From the NCBI GenBank assembly GCA_976551045.1, contig CDPCPM010000010.1:18042001-18106000 (forward strand): a stretch of DNA of 64,000 bases. Reading direction: 5' to 3'. Of the stretch, positions 11,891 to 24,759 are shown piece by piece (positions within the stretch are counted from its first letter, which is position 1; the number at the start of each line of letters is the position of its first letter). The notes beneath the pieces are model-generated. The model saw only the letters and a list, made by a program, of their open reading frames with translations, had not been told where the DNA came from and ran no database searches. This stretch comes from Glaucostegus cemiculus (lineage: Eukaryota). A program made the position numbers and the translations under genes.

Positions 11891-14362
11891 AAATATTAAT
11901 TTCCAGTTAATTCAACATATTGTACTACAAGTTTTTTACAATGCAGTGACAGCAGGGCCATAGTAACTTGTGCTTCTCCTGTCTTTAAACCCTATTCTAC
12001 TATCCTAAACATCGGCATGGTTTGGACTTCCACAGCTGTGTATTTGTGCATAGAATTTGGGAAGGGACTGTAGGTCAGATGGTCACTCATCTGACCTCTC
12101 AGTCTGCCACTGAGCTCACCATTGAACGAACTCAAGGGTGTTCTGTAAGTTGCTGACCCAAGGGGCTGGATACGGTTCATATCTGGCCATCCAGCTTCAC
12201 AACTGCAATAAGATGCACACCCAATCATTTAAACGGGGTCATTGAGCAACATTTAAAGGTAAGACCAGGAAGGATTTTTTTTATTTCACTGTATATTTAT
12301 TTTTTTTGTAAATTAACTGCAGTTTCATGTACCTTAATGTAAATATACTGCATTTCAAATTTTTTCAAATTATTTTTAAACTTTGATTTGTTTTCAGCTG
12401 CTTGCAAATGGATCTGATCATCAGAGATATTCAGAAACAGGGAAAAAGCCTACTAACAGCTCAAGCTATTAGGCGGCCATGAGAGCGGTCTGAGAGCCCT
12501 AGTTCCTGCCTCAGGAGTCTGACCTCCAATACAGCCCCTTGTACCCTGTGGAACATATTTGAAAGGGACACTGGCTGGACCTGGGAAACTGTGTGGCTGC
12601 AAAAGTTTACCCTGGGCATCAACTCTAAGTCACAGACTAGAATCAGTGCAATCCAGCAAAACTGATTTTGCAAAGCTGTAATAACATTGACTAGTAACAA
12701 GCAATCACACAAATTAACATTTCAAGTAGAGCTAATGAATAACTAGAATCATCCTATAACCATTGACCTAGAAGATAGCATAAGATGCATGCATAATCTT
12801 CACCTTCATGATAATGTACCCTGCTGTACCCTAAAAATAGTTCCAACATGTCATTTGATATAATATTATGGAACAACTGATGCACCTTGCAACTTCTTAA
12901 AACTAAAAAAGTGCTTCATTCCTTAGTTTAACAAGGGTGAGTATAATTAAAAATTGACCCTTTCAACTAGAAAGCTGAAGATTAGGAGAATCTGAAAGTT
13001 GAAAGGAGAATAGATCCCAGCACCATATTTCTGCAAAAAGAGATGATTGCTTCAAGTTACTAATATACCTGAAGTATTAAGGACAAATAAAATCATATGT
13101 AACGGTAATTTTAATACCCGAGGTATACAAGAGTAATATAAATGAAAGAGGAGAGCAAAATTATTACATTAGTTTTAGGAGGTTGGAATTTTTTTTAAAA
13201 GGTTAAAACCACTAAAGAAAATCTGATAGAGTGGATGGTCTGCGGAGCATTCAACTGTAAGTCTAAGAAGCAATTGGTAAACAAAGGATGAAAGCATATT
13301 CGATCAGGCTGGCTACAATGAGACAGGACCACATCATTTACTTGCATATCAAGTAACCATTATAATAGAGGTTATAGAATCAAGCCATGATCCATTTTAA
13401 ACCTGAGTAATGCTTAGTTTCAACATTTAGATCTCATTTTAAGTCTCCAAAATTTCCATTTATTTATAAATATAAATTGTGCTTATTAACTTATTTATAA
13501 TAGAAAAGTATTTTTAGCAATATTACTGTAAATGGAAAATACATTTATTAGAAGATAAATGATCAGATTCCTCTAGGACGTATTATTATGTCTGTTCTCA
13601 ATCCATAGTGCACACCACACTTTGACTTACACAGGAAAACAGAAAGTAAATAAAATATTTCAAATGAATTTAGTTTTCCTGTGTAAGTCAATAGGGCTGA
13701 AATTTTCTTTCACTGATTCCACAGATTCATATTTGAACACACTATGGTTCTAATACTCTAGTAAAACTAAAAATATGAAAATATTAACAGAAATATTCAT
13801 AAGACCAGGTGGCATCTGTAAAAGAAACTGTGTTCCTTTGATGCAGGCTGTTCTGATGAACATCTATAACATTTTCTGTTTTTACATTATCTCCGATTTC
13901 TAGCATCCTGACTAAATTTATTTTGCTTTACTCCAAGATCTTGAGTCAGAAGTGGCTCAAGAGTTATGAAATGGAGGGAAATCAGTGTTCAGAAATCAGT
14001 GGGGCGCAGGTATTGTGCATTAGAAGAGTGGGGAGGCAGAATAGAAGAAGTAGGGAGGAAATGGAAAAGCAGTCAATAAAATTTTAGCCAATCCAGGACC
14101 ATTCATACAGTGCAGGAAATAGTTCTGGAGCTGCAGAAAGGCTTGTGTACATCATTATGTATTTGTTAAACACCTTCTTTCACTTTGTGTAAATGTGCAA
14201 GGGAAACCCACTTCTATAAAGGGTAACCATTCCATTTGTTGAACCACCTTCTTTACCCAAAACTGCTTTCTCATTTTTACCTTGCCTGACATAAGGGTTT
14301 AAGCTAGTTTCTAATACATTTCTGTTAAACAAGGAAGGTTTCCTCAGTTCTTCAATACCCAG

Positions 14363-14668
14363 GGCAGGCACGGTAGTGTAGCGGTTAGCGTAACACTATT
14401 ACAGAACTAGTGACCCGGGTTCAATTTCCACCACTGTCTGTAAGGAGTTTGTACGTTCTCCCCGTGTCTACATGGGTTTCCTCCAGGTGCTCTGGTTTCC
14501 TCCCACATTCCAAAGACATACTGGTTAGGAAGTTGTGGGCATGCTACGTTGGCGTCGAAAGTGTGGTGACACTTGCGGGCAGCCCCCAGATGTAAAAGAT
14601 GTATTTCACTGTGTGTTTCGATGTACATGTGACCAATAAAGATATTTTATCTTATCTTATCTTATCAT
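14363..14668 (+). mobile_element. tRNA-derived V-SINE with (ATCTT)n tail
   Basis: A box ggtagtgtagcggtt, B box gggttcaattt, V core gggtttcctccaggtgctctggtttcctcccaca, tail gatgtacatgtgaccaataaa; four more copies in the window. Confidence 0.9.
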
Positions 14669-14849
14669 CATCATATTGCTGGTCTCCAAGCTATTCAAAA
14701 CACTGTAATATTTTTACAGGCACAGTGTCAAGGCACACCCACCCCCAAACCCACACTTTCTCTTCTGTCTTCTTTCATACTCTTACTGAGATCCATGAGC
14801 ATCACCTCTTGCTCTGTTCACCTAACGTAGTCTTAAACTCATCTTAGAG

Positions 14850-15400
14850 TTAGTGTGGCACCTTGCTGCAAACAGTGGAGTTCAATTTCATGGTTGCAAG
14901 GGAGGCTGCTGGAGTCAGTAGCTAAAGAAAGAGCTAGTGACAGGGACTGAAGACAATAACTTCAGGCTCTCCCATCTGCTGATATGGGACTTGATTTTGA
15001 CAAGTAGTCTGGGGATTAGGAGACTGTGAAGGGTTCAACAGAAGTGGATCTGTTCATATTTTGCCACGGGACAGGACATAATTAAAAATTTGGAGAAGGG
15101 AAGGGTAAATTATTGGAGAAGACTGGAATGAATATTGTGAGAGCAGAAAGAGAAATAATTGCAGGTAATTCTCTGGCCATGAATGGAAAGGGGTCAGGCA
15201 AGTCCAGTTCCATCCAACTGGAAGACAGAGGAGAGGTGTCAGATGAATACTTTGACAACCATTTCAAAGGCCATAGAGAGGTTGAGAAGGTGTAAGAGGG
15301 AGAGATCAGCTGTGGCTCAGTGTTAAATTCTGTTTGATAATGCTCCAATGAAGTGTCTAAGGTGTTTTATGACCTTTAGGGAGTGTTATAAACAAAGGTT
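14850..15400 (-). mobile_element. Highly decayed LINE (L2-like) fragment
   Basis: Purine-rich plus strand; minus-strand translation resembles L2 ORF2 linker sequence. Weak. Confidence 0.35.
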
Positions 15401-16014
15401 TTAATGTTATTGTTAATAAGCAAATGTATAGGAAGTCCTTTAAGAGAGAATAAGGCTGATGATGAACTGAGCAGAGGAATTGACTGCAGCTTGGGTAACA
15501 GCCATTGTTCATAGATTCAGTCTCTTCTACTTTTCAAAGTATTACAACGCTCCCCACCATCAGAGGAATGCACAGGGTTTCCACTTTGCTGGGTTTTGAA
15601 GGTCCACATATACATGTTCATAAAGTTGTGACATGAACTTGTGTACACAGATCCACAACCTCATGCCTTATTGGGAGAGGGGAAGTGTGACTGTTCTTCA
15701 CCACTGCCAACCTTGTGTATATCCTTACCTACTATTTATTTTTCGGCTGAAACAGAAGATCTTTCTATTTATCGGACAGAATGGATTTTCATTATGGGCT
15801 TTGAATGGCTCATGAGTTCTGTCAGTTTCCCTCTGCACCTGTGGGAAGCCAGCCAGTTTTTAAAACAATAGAGATCTCTCTTTAGTTCTCTTGGGAAGAA
15901 AATGAACCATATAAGCACATTTGTGGTGCTCCTACTTATATAACTATAGCACCAATCATCTGACATCTGACAATAAAGGTCTAAAAGTTTAATGGAGTAT
16001 TCATCTCATCTGGT

Positions 16015-16300
16015 ACAAAAGAGACATAAGAGACTGCAGATGCTGGAATCTGAGGCAAGAAGCAATCTGGAGGAACTCTGGGTCGAGCAGCATCTGGGGG
16101 AGAGAAAGGAATTGTCAATGTTTTGGATTGAAACGCTGTCTCAGGACCGAGTGCATAGAGAAAGGACATCCAGTATAAAGGGGAGAGGGGGAGTGGTGAG
16201 ACAGGGGCCAGTAAGTGTTTGGTGGACTGAGAATGGGTGACGGATGATGGGCAGATGGAGTCAGGTAGGGCAGGGGGAGAGGTGAAGTTGGTAGAATGTT
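16015..16300 (-). repeat. Penelope-like terminal repeat fragment
   Basis: actgcagatgctggaatctga...gaggaactc...cagcatct motif family, seen about ten times in the window. Confidence 0.6.
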
Positions 16301-16859
16301 GCTCTCCTGTTCTAAATGAGTTGCCTGACTTCAGCCAGCTGTTGACTTATTCCCTGACAGCCCCTGGGATGCACAAATGTCCAAAGCACAGACAGTCAGA
16401 GAAGAAAAAGGCATTCAGATAGGAAAATCCATTTTTTGAGATGAGAGCACTACTTTAAGTTGAGTGTGAGTAGCGGCAAAACCCTCAGTTCACCAATCCC
16501 AAAATACAAAGGATACAAGTCTCAGCTTTTAGTATCAGCACAGAAGAAAAAGCATTAGTCAGGCTGTGTTTAGTCCTGAGATAAATAATCTTGCTTGCAT
16601 CAAATGAAAATAAAACAAAAATCAGAAAATGCTGGAAACACTCAGCAGGTCAGGCTGCACGGGACAGTAACTGAGCAAATGGCTGTTTGGAGAACATTTG
16701 TTCATGGCGGATGTGAGGGAGGGATATGACATTGCACAAAGGCAAGCATGGATATCAACAGTGGGTGGACAAACTATAATTTGAGCACGTGACAGAAAGG
16801 CATGTCTGTTCCTTCAAAGTTAGCGGGTATGGGATGTGCTGAAATAGACTTATTGGATA

Positions 16860-17100
16860 AATGCAGGAGAAAGTGCCACAATCCTCACCTTTCTGCATCT
16901 AATGAGGTCATTAATCCCACTGTGCCAGTGAATCAGTAAGTAAGGTCCTGCTTCTGATTCTGCAGCAACTCCAGCCAGATTTCTCCTTTCATCAGCAAGG
17001 AAGATGATGTTTCAATGCAATCTGCAGCATCACATCCAATTAAGCATCATTGCATTTGGGGGCAGTCTTGGCACATCACTTCTCCGATACCACCTCTCCT
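16860..17100 (-). mobile_element. Harbinger Myb/SANT-like ORF relic
   Basis: Minus strand agactgcccccaaat...gatgctt..ttggatgtgatgctgcag...atcttccttgctgatgaaaggaga...tggctggagttgc resembles the PRFSD.SLE.LL...LFP.DG...WLEVA Myb-like domain. Confidence 0.45.
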
Positions 17101-17269
17101 TTAGAATGCTGGCATTTTCAGAGTTCATCAAAGGTAATGCTTGCAACATTCCTTTCAGTTCCCAGGTTAAAATAGAAGTGTATGCAGCGTCATCGCACCG
17201 GCTCATAACTTGAAGTCTCTTAGACAGTGTCTGCCAATACTTAGCTTCTCTCACTTAGATCTTAGGCAG

Positions 17270-17690
17270 CATCAGCCGACATTCTTGCTTCTAAGGTTGT
17301 GGATTCATGTCTCATGCCATAGATTTGAACCCAAAGCCGAACTGACAGCACTAAGTGCAGCAATAAAGGAATTCAGCACTTTCAGAAATTCTGACTTTCA
17401 GACAATATGTTAATGTGAGGCCTCATTTAACCTCCTTTCAAAAATGTTAAAAATCCGTTGACAGTACTTCAAAAAGAAGTAAAAGAATTTGCAAGTGCTA
17501 GTCAATAAACATTGTTGCAACCATTAAACCACTGCAACTGATTATTTGGCAATTATCACTGATGCTTGTGGAACTTGGTTTGCCTCATTTGGATGTCACA
17601 TGTTCCAGTCATGCTTACTCAAACATACTTCACTAGCTGCAAAGTGCTTTGAAACATCCCAAAATTTTGCAAGGCACCTGAAATGAATTT
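17270..17690 (+). mobile_element. Ancient Deu-domain SINE (SacSINE1/AmnSINE1-like)
   Basis: aaggttgtggattca head; Deu-like ctttcagacaatatgttaatgtgaggcc...aaaatccgttgacagtacttcaaaaagaag; tail catacttcactagctgcaaagtgctttgaaacatccc. Confidence 0.65.
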
Positions 17691-18270
17691 TTTTTTCTTA
17701 TTTGAATTGTTTGATTATTGACCTTGGGCCATTCCTTGGCTTGCATGCTAAATCGACTACATATCTTCAGCAATTGTAACCTCTGCACAGTAAAAAAGGG
17801 TCACATTCAACACAACGTCACTCAATAAAGATCCAAGCAACATTCAGCATCATATTGATTCACAATGTCATCAAATCAAATAGTCAATTAAAAAAAATAA
17901 ATATTTTAATTTAGCAGCTGCATTCATACTTCGTGTCTGGAGCTACAAAACTACTGCATATTTAAACCTTCATCAATTGTAAGCATCAGAGCTTTCGATT
18001 TTCTGCAAGCTTGAACTAGGGTTGGTTCAGGATGAGAAATAAAGGATCCTGTCACTTTAAATGTTATTTGTCGTGGAAAGAAGTCAAAGCTAATATGATG
18101 CAACTAGTGTCATATCAAAAAGTATGCAGACAATTATTTTCAAAATATTGTAAAGGCAATCTAAATCTAAATCAACATTGATAGAAACTGTAGCATTCTT
18201 ACATAAGTATATTTATGCAGTAAATACAGGTTCACAAACAGACAGATTGCTGCAAAAATTCCAATTGCAC

Positions 18271-18393
18271 ATTGGTTTTGTAAAATTTGCTGAAGATCTG
18301 TTGCACTGATGGTATTTTCATTTATCAGGGTAGAACAGGCCCCAGAATTAATTGACACTCCTTCGGTACTGCCATTTCCTTGTGATTATTCAT
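18271..18393 (-). pseudogene. ALPK1: ALPK1-like first coding exon, disrupted
   Basis: MNNHKEMAVPKECQLILGPVLP* versus human [22 protein letters not shown]. After a frameshift it reads ENTISATDLQQILQNQ, then a degenerate GT at 18270, giving 123 nt from the ATG. Strand and side relative to TIFA are as expected. Confidence 0.6.
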
Positions 18394-21239
18394 GAACAGA
18401 CATTGGGTGATAAATTGACCTTCCCCTGGTGTGGAGTGATCAATCACTGTGACACCCCCCAAAAAAGTCAAATAATAGATCTGCCAGTCTAAAGCATCGT
18501 ACCTTGATGAATAAATGGAGAAATGATTAACAAACCTGCCAAGGCCCAGGCAGCAGAAAATAATTCTCAAGTTACATGATAATGCAGAGTATCTAAGCGA
18601 GACCTGTTCTGTCGTGCGTGAATGACTAACAAATTGATGTGGTGACATTAGCAGCTGCCTTGTTCCCTATACCCTGCCTTGCATATAGTATTACCGCCAT
18701 CCGGCAGGAATACGTCTGTTATGTACTATCGTTCAAGTAAAGATATTCAGTTTTTAACTCACTCACTAGTCATTATCCTTTTATGTTATTTTCTGGGCAA
18801 ATTAAAATTTACTTTTCGCAAAGAACTTGGTGTAGTCGTACGTAAAGTTAGTTATCAATTCAATGTGTCTTTTCCATTTTCTTTTTTTAATACTACCATA
18901 AAGGGAAGTGTATTATTTTCAACCTATAGATAATCCTAAGTGTCCTATGGATAGGTATATTATGAAACCTACAATTAATCCGTACCATCACTCAGACAGG
19001 TGTATGTACACTGTTCAGTATCTCTCAGTCAGCCTTTGATAACCATGCTTTGTACTTCAAAACTGGTAATTTCAGGGGCTTTGGAGCAGTCCTTTTATAC
19101 AGAGCTCCTCAAACTGACAGCATGAGATTCATAATTCTCTTATGTTGAGTAGTGGAAGTTCCACCTGTTTCATGAACAATGTCCCTAGAGCACCAACTCA
19201 TGAAGACACAGGAGGGTCCAAAAATTTAACTTTGATACCCATGTGATTTGACAGTTTTGTAGTTACCATGAACACCCTTATCTCAGCCAGGTTTCCCTCT
19301 CTTCTAGACCACTCTTGTTGAAGGTAATTGTAGCCGAAGTCATCATAGTCCCAAAGTGGGGCTGCATAACAAACAATGGCAAGTGCAGCTGAAAACTTGG
19401 AGCCGCCTTGAATCAGCCCATTTCTAGGAAACCACACTGCTGGCTCAGGTGTTATTGCTCAGCATGTTGAATGACTTCACGCTGTTCTGCAGTTTGAAGC
19501 GTGACTTTAATTCTCAGTTCATGTAGTTGAAAATGAATTTGCCTGAAGACTCTTCCCAAAAAAGTTACTGCAAAATTGAACCTCCTGTAAGTGACAACTG
19601 ATGTAGTTACAGATAAATTTGCGTAAGAGCGGGAAGAACTTAGATTGATTATTGGATTTATTTAAATAAATATTTTAATTTGAATGAATCTAAGCCCTTC
19701 AATAATTTTCTTGAGAACTACTCTCTACCCTAATTCTATTAGCTGACTTCATTTTACTTCAAAGAAATTAATCTCCCTTGGCAACCAACAAGTTTATATG
19801 TGCATATAACATTTTTCCTTAACATCAACAATTTATTGAATGTGCTTAAAAAAGAACAAAATGTTGATATACACAAGTTCATAAACCAGGGCACAATCCA
19901 AAGTAAATGAAAGCCTGCGGCATTTGATTTATATTTTATATACCATCATCCTCCTGTCCTCTGAAACAAAGCGATAGGTTAAATGAAATCAAGAAATCAA
20001 TGGACATAAATTTTAAGAACAAAAGATCTACATACTGCTAAAAGTGAAATCCAGTGGGAAAGCACAATGAAAATTAATAGGCTTATTATACTATGAAAGG
20101 GTATGCCCAGCCAAAGAGAACAGACTCTTGATGCAGCTGATGGATATACACAAGCTCTACTTTACTCCTGCATATCATAATGCACCTAAACCTCTCCAGG
20201 ATGCCATTTTCTTGCAGACCATATTCATTCACTATGTAGTTCAACCGTATCTGATATGAAAAACCATATTCTCTCTGCTCAAATGTTATGATCATCGATA
20301 CTATCCGACCACCTGTGTCTTTAAGCTTTACCAGACAGCTGAATTAAGCTTACTGCAATGATAAAATATAGAATATTGAAATGATATGATGTAAATCACA
20401 GACATAGTTTCTTGAGCTCTATAATAGACTATAATTTGCAGTGGAATTGCATACAACATTGCCAGGCATTAGTTAGACTTACCCTAATAATTTCAGATCT
20501 CCTTATTTTTTAATATGGCAAGTTAATGAAAGTGTGAGTTAATACAATGAGATGTACGGGAACTGAAACTTATTAGTCCTTCTGGAGGGCACATGTGAGT
20601 CCTTAACTTCACAGATGGTTATAAGACTGGTAGTGTTAGGGATAGGGGGGGCTATGCTTGTTACCCAGCTCACAGCTTGCACATACCCTTGACCATCAAT
20701 ATTCCAGCATGGGAAGAGATCAAGCCACAATACATCTCATAAATTACAGTGAGACCAAACTGTAATGTACAATGAGTGAATTCCATGTCAAATTAGTGTC
20801 AGGAAATGAAATGAAAAATGTTTGGCCAGAATTTGCTGGAGAATCCCAGCAAGTCCAGGACTTCTACACACAGACTCTATGATAGATACAGCAACCAACC
20901 CTGTCAAATAATTTGGAATTTCTGCATTTAACTACCCATGGAGAAGTTATCTATGAGAATTATCAGTGCTTGGAATGGATATTTTGGATTAATGGATGGA
21001 GAAGTAAGGAGTAGGTGGCTGCACCCATGGGAGAACATTCAGACACCAGCAGCAGAGTTGGAACTGGCATGATGCTTCAGAGAGTGACACATGGCAGGGA
21101 AACAACTGACCTGTATGTAGGAGCAGTTGAGTGTTTCAACTTTTACAGCTTAACTAATTGAGTTCAAGGCAAGGTCTTCATTGTTTGGGGAAGTGTTAAG
21201 AGTAAAATAAAGCCCAAGTGTAATTAGTAGGCTCCAATT

Positions 21240-23740
21240 TAATTTAAAGTAATGGAAGGGTAACTCGTGGCAAAAGAGCTCAGACCAAAGTATACTCCTC
21301 CTATGGAAGTTTGGACTCTTCCACTGTTCCCGGTGACCAAGTGTGCAGGAAATGTACTCGTCTGCAGCTACTGGTTAACTGCTTTATAGAGAGAGTGATA
21401 TGTGTGGATTCATTGTGGAGCTGTGAGTGGATTAAACATTTAGGGATGTGATCATACCAGAGGTAAACAATGCGTAGGCCGGAAGGGAATGGGTGACCAC
21501 TAGTATGTAGTGCAGGAATCCTTTGTGGCAATTCCTCTTGGTAAAAGTTACACCTCTTCAGATGCCTTACTGGGAAGGCAGCAGCCGCCAAGTTCACAAC
21601 ACTACATGTGGCTCTGCTGCACAGGAGGAGACAATAAAAGAAGGGGAAGGCTATAGTTATAGAGGATTCAATTGTAAGGGGAACAGACAGGCATTTCTGT
21701 GGCCACAAATGAGACATCGGGATGATATCGTACATCCTAGTACTGGGGTGGAGGAGTTCTTGGAATGGCTGTAAGGCATTCCAAGGGGGAGGGTGAACAC
21801 CCAGTTGTTGTGCTGTATATCAGTACAAACCAGATAGGTAAAAAAATCTCCTACAAGTTGAACACAGGACGTAAGTTAAAAACATAGTACCTCATAGTAA
21901 TCTCTGAATAACTACCAGTACCAAGTGCTGGTTGGAGAAGAAACAGCAGTCTACATCAAGTGAACACATGACTAACAGAATGGTGTGAAGGAGATAGATT
22001 CAAGTTCTTGGGATGTTGCAATCACTTCTAGGGGAGATGGGAGGTGAGACCGCTACGAGCTAGACAAGCTGTATCTGGGCAGGACAGGGACTGTTGTCCT
22101 TGGGGGAGTATTTGCTTATGTTGCTGGGGAGGGGTGGGTGAGGTTTAAAGCTAAAATGGCAAAGGGATGGGAAGCTACTCAGTGAGACATAGGATAGGGA
22201 ATCAAGGATAGGAACAAAGGGCAGGTAGGATAAAAGGAAAAGTGGAAGACAGAGATATCAAGAATAAGAAACAACTACCGCCAGAGTGCAAAATAATACT
22301 AAGAGGACTAAGAACATTGAAAAGACAGGTCTAAAGGTTTTGCATCTTAATATGTGGGTCATTTGTAATAAGGTGAATGAATTACTTGAATAAATAACTG
22401 TTAACGAGAAGGATATAATTGCAAGACATGGCTGCAGGTGATCAATAATGGGAATTGAACATACAGGAGTATTTGATATTTAACAAGGACAGGCAAAACA
22501 AAAAAGAAAATTCAGTAGCATTGTTGGGGAAAGAAGTTAACACAATAGTGAGGAATGTTATTAGCAGAAAATGTTAGTGGGAATCACACACATACTCCAA
22601 ATCAGTAGTAGTGATGTTAAGGATGGAATGAATCAGGAAATTATAGCTAAATGGTGCCATGGCAATCATGGATGACCTCAATCTCTATGTAGATTAGGCT
22701 CACCAAATGAGTAGCAATACTGTGGAGGAGGAACTCCCAGAGTGTGTACGGAATGCTTTTCTGGATTAATAATTGAGGAGCCAACTAGAAAGCAAACCCA
22801 GCGAAAATAAAAAAAAAACTGCAGATGCTGGAAATCTGAAATGAAAACAGAAAATGCTGGAAACACTCAACAGGTCAGTCAGCATCTGTGGAAAGAGAAA
22901 CAGAGCTAACATTTGAGGTTGACGACCCTTTTTCAGAAGCAAAAACATTTGGAAAGCAGTGGCAGGATGGGTGAAAGTTAGTGTGGATTCATGAAATGAA
23001 AAGTATGCTTTAACAAATTTACTGAAATTTTTGAGGATATAACTGGTAGAGTAAATGGAGGAGAACAAATGTGTGAGGTGTACTTCAACTTCAGAAGGCC
23101 TTCAATGCATATGAGACTGTTGTGCAAAATTAAAGCACATGAGACTAGGGGCAATGTCCTGCAAACTGTTGGAAGAAAGGAAATGAAGAGTAGAAACAAA
23201 TGGGTCCTTTTCTGGATGGCAGTGGGGACTAGTGGGTACGCTATTGACCGTATGTACTTAAATGTGGGAATTAAATGAAATATCACCAAGTTTGCAGACA
23301 ACATAAAGCTAGGTAAGACTGTGAGCTGTGAAAAGGATGCAGATGCTCCAGAGTGATTTGGACAGATTGTGTGAATGGGCAAATGCAAAGCTTATCCAGT
23401 TTGGTGATAAAAGCAGGAAGGCAGATTATTATCTGGATTGCAATAGATTAGGAAAGGGGGAAATGCATGCAGACCTGTGTGTTCTTTGCACCAGGCAATC
23501 GAAGTAAGCATGCAGGTGCAGCAAATGTATGATAGACTTAATAGAGAGAGGATTTGAGTCTGGAGTAACAATGTCTTACAATTGTGCAGCGTCTTGGAGA
23601 GACCACACTTGAGTATTGTGTGTAGTTTTGGTCTCCTTATGTGAGGAATCAGCAGCAAACTGCAGCAAGCATTCACTGAGACTGATTATTGGAACAAGAG
23701 GACTGATGTATTAAGAGAGATTGATAAAACAATCTACTAC
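21240..23740 (+). mobile_element. Old CR1 LINE with ORF1 and deleted ORF2 remnants
   Basis: ORF1 zinc-finger start (VCRKC..LQLL) and esterase-like region, endonuclease start at ~22330, RT motifs (aagtttgcagac, gagaccacacttgagtattgtgtg); interrupted by a Penelope-like fragment at 22805-22940. Confidence 0.8.
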
Positions 23741-24759
23741 ATTTATATAATTGGTGGTTTGTATGAGTCTAATGCTATTTTCTGAGAGAAACAACATGGT
23801 ACATATCAATGTGACTGCAACTTCAAGATCTGAATCATTGTTGTACCAGTCACTGCTGTTAGTTGAGTGTTGACTGCCTTCAATAAAGAATGTTATTTTG
23901 GTGTCTCTATCCTTCTTACTTATCTCAGTGAACTGCAATACAAAGAGACACCACGGAGACTGGGACTCCACCCACGTGATATTGTATTGGATTCTTGGAC
24001 ACTTTGGGCCAGCCAGATAGCCCTCTGCATTCAGACCACTCAGTGTGAGGGATCATTGGGCTCTATTGTGGCTAACATGCCATCAAGATCAGGCCTAATG
24101 AATCAAGAAAGTGAAGGTAATAATGATTTGGAAAGGGAAAGTTACAAAAATATTTTCTTCATTTTTAAAATTTCTTTGATTAAAACCAGAGTGAAAAAGG
24201 ATCCTAACCTTAAATAGTTAATTTTTCAATGTCAGTGAGGTTGACTAGCAACAACTAAAACTTATGCCATTAAAAGGATACTTAGTTGTGAAGTGACTTA
24301 AGTGATACTGATGCTCTTAGGTGAGTTTAATCCAATACCCATCATGGAAGTATAACTACTTCAACATCTTAATTGTATTTCAATTATTAGCCATCTCCCT
24401 GTTCGTGAAAAGTGAAGTCAGGAAGAAGCTTTGGATTTACCTGGGTATTGGAGGAGAGAGCCTCTATAAATTATGCAAAGCATACTAAAGCACATTAAAA
24501 TACACTGAATGTGTTTTTTCACAGTACTTACTAGGTTGTTTATTAGTTATTATAATACATAGTCATGTTTGTTCATTAAAGAATTCTTTTACAGTGGTAG
24601 CTCTCTCCAACTTTTCAAGTACTTCAAGTGTCTTTTCAAAACCATATGTTTCCACTTACAGGGTTTGCAGACAGAACAATGCAGTATGGCTCTCTGGAAT
24701 ACATAACTTCTGTGCAAATAGGTTTCAGTAAACTCAAAGGATGAATCACTTTTTAATGT

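Noticed and set aside
14363-14440. tRNA gene
   Set aside because: The A/B boxes belong to a SINE head followed by the V core and LINE tail; no cloverleaf.
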